Shown: piece after piece, positions 19,114 to 28,179 of the stretch | Numbering within the stretch: the stretch's first letter is position 1 | Layout: every line of letters starts with the position of its first letter | Position numbers and translations under genes: made by a program | The notes under the pieces: generated by a model | Told to the model about the DNA's origin: nothing | The model's database searches: none | Seen by the model: only the letters and a program-made list of their open reading frames with translations | DNA from: Elusimicrobiota bacterium | GTDB lineage: Bacteria > Elusimicrobiota > Elusimicrobia > UBA1565 > JACRDR01 | Assembly: GCA_041694815.1 (NCBI GenBank) | Contig: JBGFSC010000026.1 | Span: forward strand, 1-64,000 | Direction: 5' to 3' | Length of the DNA stretch: 64,000 bases

Positions 19114-20567
19114 TAAGCCCCCTTCCCGAAGAGCAGGGCGGGGACGGTGCGCAGTATGATCTGGAGGTCGAGGCCGAGCGACCAATGCTCGATGTAGTAC
19201 ATGTCGAGCGCGAATCTCTGGTCGGAGGCGATGTCGGATCTGCCCGAGACCTGCCAAAGCCCCGTGATGCCCGGGAAAATATTCACGCGCTTTTTCGCCG
19301 TGGGGCCGAACTCGGCGATGAGCTCCTCCATCTCGCCCGTGGAGACGGCCAGGGGGCGCGGGCCCACCACGCTCATCTCGCCGCGAAGCACGTTGAGGAA
19401 TTGGGGGAACTCGTCGAGGGAGAAGCGGCGCAGCCAGCGCCCCACCCGGGTGACCCTCGGGTCCTCCTTGAGCTTAAAGAAGCCGCCTTGGGCCGAGCGC
19501 AGCGCCGCCAGCCGCGCCTCGGCGTCCTGGCTCATCGTGCGGAACTTAAAAGCCTCGAAGACGCGCCCCTTGTATCCCAACCGCTTTTGTCGGTAGAGCA
19601 CCGGCCCCGGTGAATCCAATTTGATGAGCAGGGCCAACACCGCCAGGGGTATCGCGCAGAACGCCAGCACCGCGGCGCTGAAGGCCACGTCGAAGACCCG
19701 CTTGATCGCGTAGTTCGACCAGGTCAGCGAGGTGTGCTGCACATGATAAGCCAAAAGCCCGAGCGAGTCGTCCATCTGTATCTCGCCCAGGCGGAGCTCC
19801 AGCAGGTCCGGAATCGCCTTGAAGGCGATCCCGGCGCTCTCGCAGGCCTCGGCGAGGTCGAGCACCGCGGCGTTGCCGGGCAGCGAGCGGGTCAGCACGA
19901 TCTCGCGGGCGCCGACGGACTGCGCGGCGTCCAAGGCCTGTTGGGCCGATTCCAGTTTTGGCAGCTCGTGTATGGGCAGGCCCGGGTGCCTTGCCAGCAG
20001 ATGTTCGCGGATGAGCTCGGCCGCCTTTCCCCCACCGATGAGCATCAGCGGTGAGGTGCTCTCGAAATGCGCGATCCAGGCGTCGAGGCGCAGCACCAGC
20101 AGCTGCGAAATCGTGACCAAAACGACGACCAGCGGGGCGGCCATGAGCAGCATGAGCCGCGAGTACTCCATGCGGCTGTAGACGAAGGTGGCGGCCATCG
20201 TGATCAAGGCGCCCAAGACGGCGCCCTTTAGCAGCAGCAGGAAGCGGTCCGCGCCGGGTTTCCAAGAGTTGACGTAAAGCCGCGAGGAGTACCAGAAGAT
20301 GGCGAGCCAGAGCGGAACTAGGGAGTAGAGCAGGCGCGCATAGAGGCCCCAGCCGGGATCGGCGCCGACGATGGGTAGCCGCGTCGTGATCCAATCGCTG
20401 TGGAAGCGCAGCTCGTAGGCCAAGCGGTAGGCGCCGGCCACGGCGGCGGCGTCGAGCAGCAGATGCAGGGCCGTGCGGAGGCAGTGGCGGAACCAGCGGG
20501 GCACGCCCGGGGTATGGCCGCCGCGCGCGGGGGAGCTGCGGAGGGCGGTGCCGGCCGGGGTCATCAA
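19110..20567 (-). CDS. polyprenyl-phosphate priming sugar transferase (WcaJ/WbaP-like)
   Basis: Four to five TM helices, IKRVFD, FKFRTM, DPRVTRVG..LDEFPQFLNVLRGEMSVVGPRP, PGITGLWQVSGR. Confidence 0.93.
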   Translation of the reverse strand: MMTPAGTALRSSPARGGHTPGVPRWFRHCLRTALHLLLDAAAVAGAYRLAYELRFHSDWITTRLPIVGADPGWGLYARLLYSLVPLWLAIFWYSSRLYVNSWKPGADRFLLLLKGAVLGALITMAATFVYSRMEYSRLMLLMAAPLVVVLVTISQLLVLRLDAWIAHFESTSPLMLIGGGKAAELIREHLLARHPGLPIHELPKLESAQQALDAAQSVGAREIVLTRSLPGNAAVLDLAEACESAGIAFKAIPDLLELRLGEIQMDDSLGLLAYHVQHTSLTWSNYAIKRVFDVAFSAAVLAFCAIPLAVLALLIKLDSPGPVLYRQKRLGYKGRVFEAFKFRTMSQDAEARLAALRSAQGGFFKLKEDPRVTRVGRWLRRFSLDEFPQFLNVLRGEMSVVGPRPLAVSTGEMEELIAEFGPTAKKRVNIFPGITGLWQVSGRSDIASDQRFALDMYYIEHWSLGLDLQIILRTVPALLFGKGAY

Positions 20568-21541
20568 AGGCCTCGCGCGCGGATGTCGACCAGGTTAATC
20601 ATCCCGATCGCCCGTCCCTTCGCGTCGACGACCGGCAGCACCGTGAAGGGGAACCTGCGCTTGTCCATGAGCTCGGCGGCCTCCGCCGCCAGGCGATCCG
20701 AGCGGATCGAGACGGGCCTGGGGTTCATGATGTCTTCGATGGCCTTCTGCAGCACGTTCTCACCGCGCTCCAAGTGCCGGCGGATATCATAGTCGGTGAC
20801 GAGCCCCCGGAGCTTGCCGCCGCGATCGACGATGGAGACGGCGCCGGCGTGCTGGCGGGTCATCTCGAGCAAGGCGCGCTGCACCGTCTCGCCCAAGGGG
20901 ACGACGGGGTTTTCGTCTCCCGAGCGCATAATGTCCTCGACGGTCACGGTAAGGCGCCGGCCTAGACGCCCGCCGGGGTGCAGTAGGGCGAAATGCTCCT
21001 TGCGGAAGCCGCGCAGCTTCATTAGCGCCACGGCGAGCGCGTCTCCGACCGCGAGGGCGGCCGTCGTGCTGCAGGTGGGCGATAGGTTGAGCGGGCAGGC
21101 CTCGGCCTCGATGGGGGTGACGAGCACCTCCGAGGCGCGCTTAGCCAGGGTGGAGCGCGGGCTGGAGGTGACGGCGATCACCTTGGCGCCGATGCGCTTA
21201 AGCGACGGGAGCAGGGCGTTGAGCTCATCGGATTCCCCGGATTTGCCGATGGCCAGGACGATGTCCTGCCTCTGCACGATGCCGAGATCGCCGTGCATGC
21301 CCTCGGCCGGGTGCAGGAAGATGGCGGGCGTTCCCGTGGCGGCGAGCGTCGCGGCGATCTTCTGGCCGATCAAGCCCGATTTACCGATGCCGGTGACGAT
21401 GACCTTGCCCCTGCAGCGCGCCAGGGTCCGGACGGCGCGGGTGAAGGACCCGTTGACCGCGTCACGGACCTGGCGCAGTGCCTTGGCCTCCAGGTCGATG
21501 ACGGAACGCAATTCCTGGGCGATATCGAGCTTATTTCTCAT
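20564..21541 (-). CDS. kdsD: KpsF/GutQ arabinose-5-phosphate isomerase (SIS + CBS domains)
   Basis: GIGKSG, HPAEGMHGDLG, EACPLNLSPT, HPGG.LG, CBS pair; start moved to ATG 21541. Confidence 0.92.
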   Translation of the reverse strand: MRNKLDIAQELRSVIDLEAKALRQVRDAVNGSFTRAVRTLARCRGKVIVTGIGKSGLIGQKIAATLAATGTPAIFLHPAEGMHGDLGIVQRQDIVLAIGKSGESDELNALLPSLKRIGAKVIAVTSSPRSTLAKRASEVLVTPIEAEACPLNLSPTCSTTAALAVGDALAVALMKLRGFRKEHFALLHPGGRLGRRLTVTVEDIMRSGDENPVVPLGETVQRALLEMTRQHAGAVSIVDRGGKLRGLVTDYDIRRHLERGENVLQKAIEDIMNPRPVSIRSDRLAAEAAELMDKRRFPFTVLPVVDAKGRAIGMINLVDIRARGL

Positions 21542-21605
21542 TCTCGTCGAGCTAATTTCACGTATTGTACCAAAAAAGGCTATACTCCCCTGCATACACC
21601 AGACC

Positions 21606-23036
21606 TTGCGCCGCTTTTCCTGGGCCGCCACCGGCTGGCTTATCTGGGAGTTCTCCCGCGGCGGGATACCGTGGGTTCCGGCGTTTTTCGTCGCGTTTTT
21701 GAACGCTTTAAGCGCCTGGAGCCGGGGCTGGAGGGATCGGCCCGCCCTTTTCCTCTTTTGGTCCGGCACGGCGGCCTATTTATCCACCTTCCGCTGGCAC
21801 GGCGGCGACGATACGGATGTCAGCCTGATTCCCTTGGCGCTGCTCAAGCATGGCACGCTGGCCTTAAACGCCGTCATGGACCCTTTCCTGATCGGAAAGA
21901 CGCATGATTTCACCGTGCTGGTCGGCGGAAATTATCTGAGCTTCCATCCCGCCGCCACGGGGCTGTTGGCCATTCCCCTGTACGTGCTTCCCGTGTTGAC
22001 GGGCGCGCCCATTAGCGAGCAATTCCTGCACCATCTCTCCAAGATCAGCGGCACCCTGCTGACCGCGGCCTCGGCGGTGGTGTTTTTCCGGGCGGTCAAG
22101 GGGCGCTGTTCGGAGAGCTGGGCCTTTCTGGTATCGACGGTCTACGCCTTCGGCTCCTTCGCCTTCAGCATCAGCAGCCAGGCCCTTTGGCAGCACGGGC
22201 CCTCGCAATTGGCCGTGGCCCTGGCGCTTTGGGGCCTGACGCGCGAGGGTTTCGCCTGGGACCTGCTCATCGGCTTCGGCCTCGGCTTGGCGATCGCCAT
22301 CCGCACCGATAATTGCTGGTGGGCCATGGCGGCGGGGGGATACCTGCTGTTCCATGCGCGCCGCCGGATATGGGGGGCGGCCCTCGGCGCAGCCCTGCCC
22401 CTGGCGTTGCTCGCTTTCTATCACTGGTATTACACGGGAGGGCTCGCGCCGCCGCAGAGCGTGGTCTTGGGAGACATGTTCGTGCCTTTCATGCCCGACG
22501 CCTGGCTCGCCTTGGCCTTCAGTCCGACCCGCGGATTGCTGTTCTTTTGTCCGGCCGCGCTTTTCGGGCTGTGGGCGGGGCGGAATTGGAGGAAGGAGCC
22601 GCTTACGATTTGGCTTTTGGGAGCCTGCGCGGCGACCTGGATTTTCTTTTCTTGCTTTACTCCCTGGGTCGGCGGCATGAGCTTCGGCCCGCGTTATTTT
22701 TCCGTCGTCGCGATGGTCCTTCTGTTTTTGTGCTCCGGCGTCGAGGATCCGATACGCTCGAGCCCCTGGGCCTTGAGCCTTTGGTCGGCGGCCTGCGCCT
22801 TTTCGATCTTGGTGCACGCCATCGGCGCCTATATGACCTGGCCGGGGAATTACGGAGTCTGGGTCTCGCGCGAGCGCGCGTGGGAATGGACGCTGCATCC
22901 CTTGCTCAACTTGCTTAGAACCGACGGTCCGCTCATCGGCTGGCCGTGGCCCGCCCGCGCCGCTTTTTTGGCCTTTCTGGCGGTGGTTTGCGTAAAGGGG
23001 ACTCTGCTCCTAAGGGCGAGGAGCCGCTCCACTTAA
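21606..23036 (+). CDS. polytopic membrane protein, probable GT-C glycosyltransferase
   Basis: GDDTD acidic loop, SSQALWQH, SPTRGLLFFCP, WVGGMSFGPRY; the 5' part of the track ORF is kdsD antisense; start approximate. Confidence 0.65.
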   Translation: MRRFSWAATGWLIWEFSRGGIPWVPAFFVAFLNALSAWSRGWRDRPALFLFWSGTAAYLSTFRWHGGDDTDVSLIPLALLKHGTLALNAVMDPFLIGKTHDFTVLVGGNYLSFHPAATGLLAIPLYVLPVLTGAPISEQFLHHLSKISGTLLTAASAVVFFRAVKGRCSESWAFLVSTVYAFGSFAFSISSQALWQHGPSQLAVALALWGLTREGFAWDLLIGFGLGLAIAIRTDNCWWAMAAGGYLLFHARRRIWGAALGAALPLALLAFYHWYYTGGLAPPQSVVLGDMFVPFMPDAWLALAFSPTRGLLFFCPAALFGLWAGRNWRKEPLTIWLLGACAATWIFFSCFTPWVGGMSFGPRYFSVVAMVLLFLCSGVEDPIRSSPWALSLWSAACAFSILVHAIGAYMTWPGNYGVWVSRERAWEWTLHPLLNLLRTDGPLIGWPWPARAAFLAFLAVVCVKGTLLLRARSRST

Positions 23037-23048
23037 CAGCTCGGGGAC

Positions 23049-23077
23049 TTGATATGTATATGCATTTGTATTACACT
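23049..23077 (+). promoter_or_regulatory. sigma70 promoter of the BrnT-like module
   Basis: TTGATA-17 nt-TACACT, 8 nt before GTG 23086. Confidence 0.6.
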
Positions 23078-23085
23078 ATCGTTGG

Positions 23086-23346
23086 GTGGCCGACTTTGCG
23101 TGGGATCAGAGCAAGAGCGAGGCGCTCAAACGTCAGCGAGGCGTATCGTTCGAAGATATTCTTGGGTCTAGACTAGTCTCGATAGTTCGCCATCCGGGTC
23201 GAGCGAATCAGAATTTGATGTTATTCGATTTGCGCGGATACATATGGGTCGTGCCGTTCGTAGTTCGTGGGGAGGAGGTTTTTCTGAAGACTTTGTTTCC
23301 GAGCAGAAAGTACACGAAAATGTGGAAACGTGGAGAACTCGCATGA
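23086..23346 (+). CDS. BrnT-like toxin
   Basis: FAWD..K...LKRQRGVSFE, YIWVVPFV, FLKTLFPSRK. Confidence 0.82.
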   Translation: MADFAWDQSKSEALKRQRGVSFEDILGSRLVSIVRHPGRANQNLMLFDLRGYIWVVPFVVRGEEVFLKTLFPSRKYTKMWKRGELA

Positions 23347-23600
23347 AGAAGATGCGGCTCACTAAGGGCGAGCGCGCAATCGAGCAGGCGTTGTTGCGCG
23401 GAGAATATCGCCCTGTGCCAAAAGCGGAATTTGATCGGATCGCGGCGATGATAGCTAGGCGGAGAAAAGATGCGGTATTGAATATTCGCGTCAATAGCCA
23501 GGATCTTGCCAACATCAAGCAGAAGGCCAGGAAGCTGGGGGTTCCATACCAGGCATTTGTATCGGAGCTCATCCATCAATACGGAGCCGATGACGCCTGA
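23343..23600 (+). CDS. CopG/BrnA-like antitoxin
   Basis: KDAVLNIRV..DL..IKQKA..LGVPYQAFV; ATGA overlap with the toxin. Confidence 0.82.
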   Translation: MKKMRLTKGERAIEQALLRGEYRPVPKAEFDRIAAMIARRRKDAVLNIRVNSQDLANIKQKARKLGVPYQAFVSELIHQYGADDA

Positions 23601-23652
23601 CGGGCGCTTGGATTTACCTATTTAGTGAGCGAGTTCCGGTTCTGCCACGCTT

Positions 23653-23692
23653 CGCGGGCCTTGCGTTTCTCCGACGTCTCGGTTTTCGGCAA
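23653..23692. repeat. direct-repeat copy (B') of the glycosyltransferase 3' region 24623-24662
   Basis: 38/40 nt identical; LPKTETSEKRKAR versus LPKTETPEKRKAR. Confidence 0.9.
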
Positions 23693-23747
23693 AGCTTGAA
23701 ATAAGCTGACGTTCGTCCTTGCCGCTCTGTCACCTTTCGATTTATTG

Positions 23748-23798
23748 GCCCGCGCCGCTTTTTTGGTCTTTCTGCTGGTCGTTTGTGGCAAAGGGACT
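23748..23798. repeat. direct-repeat copy (A') of the membrane-protein 3' region 22953-23003
   Basis: 43/51 nt identical; ARAAFLVFLLVVCGKGT versus ARAAFLAFLAVVCVKGT. Confidence 0.9.
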
Positions 23799-24225
23799 AG
23801 TCTGATGCGAGGACGTCTAAAAAATGTTCCGGACTGACGATTTGCACGCCTTGATACTCACCGAGACTGAGCAAATCCTTTATGTCTCCTGTCACCAAAT
23901 AGTGAGCCAGTCCGCCCACCGCCGCGGCTAAAAATTTATTGTCTTTTGGATCTTTCGATACTTTAACGACCGGGGGCTTGGTGACGAGTTCAGTCTGCTC
24001 CCACAAGATGAATGCGATGTCGAAGAAGTGCTCTGCTAATCCGTACTTGTCCCGCAGGCGCGGTCGATCCATTACCTCGAGGACTTCTTGATTGATGGAT
24101 TCGCTGGCGACTAAAACGAACCGACCCGCCTTAAGCGCCCTGAGGATTTCCGCAGGCGGCCCCTTGGGGTTGATCAGTCCGGAAATGATGACATTGGTGT
24201 CCAGGACGACTCGCTTAATGGACAC
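23797..24225 (-). CDS. PIN-domain toxin
   Basis: RVVLDTNVIISGL, DPKDNKFL, YLVTGD.KDLL. Confidence 0.9.
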   Translation of the reverse strand: MSIKRVVLDTNVIISGLINPKGPPAEILRALKAGRFVLVASESINQEVLEVMDRPRLRDKYGLAEHFFDIAFILWEQTELVTKPPVVKVSKDPKDNKFLAAAVGGLAHYLVTGDIKDLLSLGEYQGVQIVSPEHFLDVLASD

Positions 24226-24469
24226 GCCGGGCTTCCCGGACGGCTTGGCGGATATCCGCGGTTAGCTTCGCAGGATCGGCCTGGAGGTTTTTGTCCCACA
24301 GCTTCTCGACCGATCTCCAGGGATCGTAATTTTTGAGCGCTTTCCGCGCGAGTATCGCCTCGGTGCAGAGCTGGCTGATGGAGCGTCCGCTCTCGAAGGC
24401 TTCGCGGGCCAGCTCCTTGTGTACTTCGGGGGGAACGCGTAAGAGAATTTTTCCGCTGAAAGTGCGCAT
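24215..24469 (-). CDS. antitoxin with HicB-type ribbon-helix-helix N-terminus
   Basis: FSGKILLRVPPEVHKELAREA..GRSISQL; immediately upstream of and overlapping the PIN gene. Confidence 0.78.
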   Translation of the reverse strand: MRTFSGKILLRVPPEVHKELAREAFESGRSISQLCTEAILARKALKNYDPWRSVEKLWDKNLQADPAKLTADIRQAVREARRVH

Positions 24470-24480
24470 AACAGCCTCCG

Positions 24481-24508
24481 TGTGATATCACGATATTATG
24501 ATATCACA
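24481..24508. promoter_or_regulatory. inverted-repeat operator of the RHH/PIN module
   Basis: TGTGATATCA-N8-TGATATCACA just upstream of the antitoxin start. Confidence 0.7.
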
Positions 24509-24530
24509 TGCAAGCAGCCTTGTCAAGGTT

Positions 24531-25670
24531 TTAACGCGACGCGCGCATTTCCCAGGCCTCACGCACCCGCTCGCTGAGCCGGGCGAATTCGCGCTCGTGG
24601 GTGTGTTCCTTGGCGAGCAGCACGCGGGCCTTGCGTTTTTCCGGCGTCTCGGTTTTCGGCAATTCCCGCGCGATCTCAACCCACTGCTCCGGCGTCTCGG
24701 CGAGATAGACCAGATCCTTGAAGGCCTTAAGCGAAGGCAGGGGCGTCGCCAGTATCGGCCGGCCCATGGCGAAGCATTCATAAAGCTTGGCCGGGAGCAC
24801 TCCTTGATGAAAGGGCGTGAGCTTATGCGGCATCAGGAAGGCGTCGAAATTCTCGAGCCGCCGGACCAATTTCTCGCGCGGGACCGGCCCGAGCCGGCGG
24901 ATGGCGGGGCTCTCCGGGGTAGGGGCCTTGATGAATCCGCTGATCGTGACCTCCAGCCCCGCCTCGGCCAGCGCCGTGAGAAAGTCGGGGTCCAAGTCCG
25001 GCACCCAGCTGCCGTAATAGCAGAACCGGTTGAAGCCCGAGAACGGCGGGGCCGCCTCGAAGAATTCGGGCGAGACGCCTTGATGTACTTGGAATACCTG
25101 CGGGTGGCGCGGCCGCAGCCGCTCCGCCAGGAAATCGGAGTCGGTGACGACGAGATCGGCGCGGGATAAAAGCCTTTGCTCGAGCTCGGGAAAATCGGCC
25201 GGCGCCCGCGGATGGGCGGCGAAATGCGAGGCGCAATCGTAGATGGTCAGCGCGGGAGAAAGGCGTTCAAGCAATTCGAGCGTCGTCGCCGTCGGCATGT
25301 AGATGAAGGCAATAGGCGGGGAATTGAGCCCTTGGAGCTCCAATTGCCGCTGCAGTCGGGGAAGCAGCAGGGAGGCGTTGATTCTCCGAAACATGGAATC
25401 GGTCGGGGGCAGAACCCACGGGTTGATCACGCGCAGGCCCTCCGGCGCCGGATTGAGCGAGGCGGCCATAGTCCCGAAGGCGCGGCTTAACTTCCCCCAG
25501 ACGCGTGGCAGGTCGCGCAGGCCGGGGTTGCGGAAGCCGGAGTTCTCGATGAAGAAGACGTCGCGGCCCCGCTCGGCCCATTGCGCGGCGAAGATCTGAT
25601 GCCGCTGCCAGGCCGCGTTCCATTCGACGCTGCTGAGGATGACGACCGGCGCCTTTTCGAATTGGCTCAA
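24531..25670 (-). CDS. glycosyltransferase (GT-B, TuaH-like)
   Basis: W..WQRHQ, IYDC, LPAKLYECFAMGRPILAT. Confidence 0.85.
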   Translation of the reverse strand: MSQFEKAPVVILSSVEWNAAWQRHQIFAAQWAERGRDVFFIENSGFRNPGLRDLPRVWGKLSRAFGTMAASLNPAPEGLRVINPWVLPPTDSMFRRINASLLLPRLQRQLELQGLNSPPIAFIYMPTATTLELLERLSPALTIYDCASHFAAHPRAPADFPELEQRLLSRADLVVTDSDFLAERLRPRHPQVFQVHQGVSPEFFEAAPPFSGFNRFCYYGSWVPDLDPDFLTALAEAGLEVTISGFIKAPTPESPAIRRLGPVPREKLVRRLENFDAFLMPHKLTPFHQGVLPAKLYECFAMGRPILATPLPSLKAFKDLVYLAETPEQWVEIARELPKTETPEKRKARVLLAKEHTHEREFARLSERVREAWEMRASR

Positions 25671-25732
25671 TTGGGTGGCGTTATCTGCCTTTCTGCGGAG
25701 CTCCTAGCTTTTTCTACGGCAATGATTGTCCG

Positions 25733-26374
25733 TCATAGGTGCCCGACGAGGTATCGGATCGCTTGGAAGCCTTCGGCGTAGCGCACGCCCAATTTGATTC
25801 CCCAGTTGCGGTTTTCCTGCCGTACGTACTCGATCCAGCGGCCCCCCGTGCGCTTGATCTCGGAGGCGTGGGCCTTGAGAGCCCGGAGCTTGAGCGCCAT
25901 CGTGCCCGAGACGTCGACGTAATGCCGCGGGCAAAAATCATCCTCGGTATCATAATAGTTGATGCGGTACATGAGCAGCCTCGGGCAATGCCGAGCTGCG
26001 GTGACGGCGGCGCGCGCCAGGGCCCGGTGGTCCTGATGCGCGTCTCCCGTCCAAGGGAGATAGACGGTATCGATGCGCTTTTCCTCGATTAGGCGCCGCA
26101 GGGCCGAGACCAACGCGTCGTCGTAGCGCAGGGCGAAGGTCTCGAAGGCCCCGCGGTGCAGCTCGACTCCCAATATCTTGGCCGCCCTCTCGCCCTCCTG
26201 CAGGGCGACCTCGGCCGAGCGCACGGTTCGCCCGCCCATGTTCTTGTACTCCGAGTGGGTCGCGACGTAGAGGTGGACGCGGTCGCCGTTTCTGGCGTGC
26301 AGGGCCAGGGCTCCCCCGCAGCCCAGCTCCGCGTCGTCGAAATGCGCCGAGACGGCTAAGACGTTAGAAGACAT
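25733..26374 (-). CDS. PIG-L/LmbE family deacetylase
   Basis: SAHFDDAELGCGG, DAHQDH, AHASE, YAEGF; start moved to ATG 26374. Confidence 0.9.
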   Translation of the reverse strand: MSSNVLAVSAHFDDAELGCGGALALHARNGDRVHLYVATHSEYKNMGGRTVRSAEVALQEGERAAKILGVELHRGAFETFALRYDDALVSALRRLIEEKRIDTVYLPWTGDAHQDHRALARAAVTAARHCPRLLMYRINYYDTEDDFCPRHYVDVSGTMALKLRALKAHASEIKRTGGRWIEYVRQENRNWGIKLGVRYAEGFQAIRYLVGHL

Positions 26375-27302
26375 CGGAATCCCCCTTGGAGACGCTCCAT
26401 TGCGCGGCTTCGGGAAAATCGGAACGGCGCTCACCCGCCCAACGGCCGGCGAAATGCGTGCGCGGCCCCGACGCTTGAAGGCCCCAAGAGGCGAAGCAGG
26501 CATGCCAGGGATCGCCGCGCAGCGCCCAGGCCGATACCGTATCCGCGCCCGCCCGCTTGAAATACTCCAGGGCCGAGCTCCAAAGAGAGCCGGCGGCCGA
26601 GTCCGTTGCCCAGAGATCCAGCACATCGCCGACGCGCCCGTTTGGGCCCTCGAAGATTTTCGCCGCCAGCCATCCCGCAAGCCGGCCGTTCTCGCGCGCT
26701 GCCCAGAGCGCATAGGGAGCTCCAGGCTTGTCGAGATAGCGCCAGCGTATCCACGCGGAGCCGCGGGCCTGGGTCCAGCGGTCTTTCGGCTTAAGCTCGG
26801 ACCAAAGCGCGTCGAATTCATCGCCGACCGAATCGATTTTCTCGGCTGGTGTCGTGCTTGGTCCTTGGAGCGAGGAGAGCGGGGCTTGCATCGCGTCGAT
26901 TTCCTCGATCGGCTCCCAATCGAGCATCCGTCGCATTACGGGGTAGCTCCGGTCGTTGGGAAAGGCGAAGAGCAGCTCGACGCCGGCGGCCATGCAGCTT
27001 CGTCGGTTGGACTCGGCCATATCGAGAAACAGGGTGAGGTTGCGGAAATCGGGATGGACCATGAGATCGATCCAGAGCCCGGCGCGAAGCGCCCGATCGC
27101 CCTTCTCGAGCCGAGCCGGGATGGCCGCGACATGGCCGGCGAGCCGACCGGAGTCGACGGCCACGCTGGCGTAGGGCCTGCCCTGCGGGTGCTGTTCGTA
27201 GCGCCAACGCCGCAGCTCCTCGGGCATCTGGCGCCCATGGCAGATGCGAAATAGCTCGCGCAGCCCCGCGGCGTCCTCAGGCCGGAATTCACGGATTTCC
27301 AT
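26364..27302 (-). CDS. GNAT family acyltransferase
   Basis: WRYEQHP, DLMVHPDFR, FAFPN, WRYLDKP; tandem GNAT-like halves. Confidence 0.82.
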   Translation of the reverse strand: MEIREFRPEDAAGLRELFRICHGRQMPEELRRWRYEQHPQGRPYASVAVDSGRLAGHVAAIPARLEKGDRALRAGLWIDLMVHPDFRNLTLFLDMAESNRRSCMAAGVELLFAFPNDRSYPVMRRMLDWEPIEEIDAMQAPLSSLQGPSTTPAEKIDSVGDEFDALWSELKPKDRWTQARGSAWIRWRYLDKPGAPYALWAARENGRLAGWLAAKIFEGPNGRVGDVLDLWATDSAAGSLWSSALEYFKRAGADTVSAWALRGDPWHACFASWGLQASGPRTHFAGRWAGERRSDFPEAAQWSVSKGDSDVF

Positions 27303-28179
27303 TTAAATGAACGCGATGCCAATCGAGCATCTCGCGCAGGCTGCGCTCGAACGGGATCTCGGGCCCCCAGCCGGCGGCCGCCTGGAGCTTGCGCCCATCG
27401 CCGCGAAGATCCAGCACTTCCCGGGCTCGCCTGCGCGAAGCCTCGCGGCGGATGCGGATCGGCGAAGAGGCGAGGGAAATCAGGCGCTCGAGCATTTCCC
27501 CGATGCGATGGGAGCGGCCCGAGCAGACATTGTAGATATCGCCCGGCCTGCCGCGCCGCGACAAGGCTACCAGCGCCCGCGCGGCGTCGCGAACGTCGAT
27601 GTAATCGCGTCGGGTATGCAGGGCCCCTACCCCTAAAAACGGCGGCTGCCTGCCGCGCTCGATGAGAGCGATTTGCCGCGCGAAGGCTCCTGGGGCCAGG
27701 CTCGCCGGCGTTCCCGGGCCGCAGAGATTGAATATCCGAGCGATGATCACCTTCAGGCCGCGCCGCCGATAGCAGAGCGCGGCGAGCGTCTGCGCCAGCT
27801 TAACGGCTCCGTAATCGCTGATGGGCCGGGTCGCATGCTCCTCCGACACGCGGCCGGCCGCGGCGCCGTACTCCGCCGAGGAGCCGGCGATGAGTACCGT
27901 AGCCTTGGACTTGAGCCCCGCGGCGGCCTCCAGCAGGTTGAGCGTGCCCACCACATTGGCCTGCCACAGCTCGTCGGTGCTTCCCGCGTGGGCTCCCGCG
28001 GCGTGAAAAATCAGGCGAGGCTTCGTTCGGCGCAGGAGGCGTTCGGCCGCGTCGTACTTTCGAAGGTCGCCGTCGAGTCGCGAGGCCAAGCAAAGGCGCG
28101 CTCGCGGAAAGGAGCGCTCGATCTCGCCGGCCAGCGCCGCGCCCAGGAATCCGCGGCCGCCGGTCAGCAGTATGTTCAT
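27289..28179 (-). CDS. NAD-dependent sugar epimerase/reductase (Rmd-like)
   Basis: TGGRGFLG, SSAEYG, YGAVK, FARQIA.IE, RDYIDVRD. Confidence 0.82.
   Translation of the reverse strand: MNILLTGGRGFLGAALAGEIERSFPRARLCLASRLDGDLRKYDAAERLLRRTKPRLIFHAAGAHAGSTDELWQANVVGTLNLLEAAAGLKSKATVLIAGSSAEYGAAAGRVSEEHATRPISDYGAVKLAQTLAALCYRRRGLKVIIARIFNLCGPGTPASLAPGAFARQIALIERGRQPPFLGVGALHTRRDYIDVRDAARALVALSRRGRPGDIYNVCSGRSHRIGEMLERLISLASSPIRIRREASRRRAREVLDLRGDGRKLQAAAGWGPEIPFERSLREMLDWHRVHLNGNP

Noticed and set aside
20796..21605. 746-aa version of the membrane protein
   Set aside because: The first ~270 codons are the kdsD antisense shadow; divergent -10 boxes lie in the 21542-21605 spacer.
6449..24662. Integron attC sites, IS target-site duplications or prophage att sites for the direct repeats
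   Set aside because: No integrase or transposase, no attC core-site pattern, and the repeats are diverged gene ends rather than exact short duplications.
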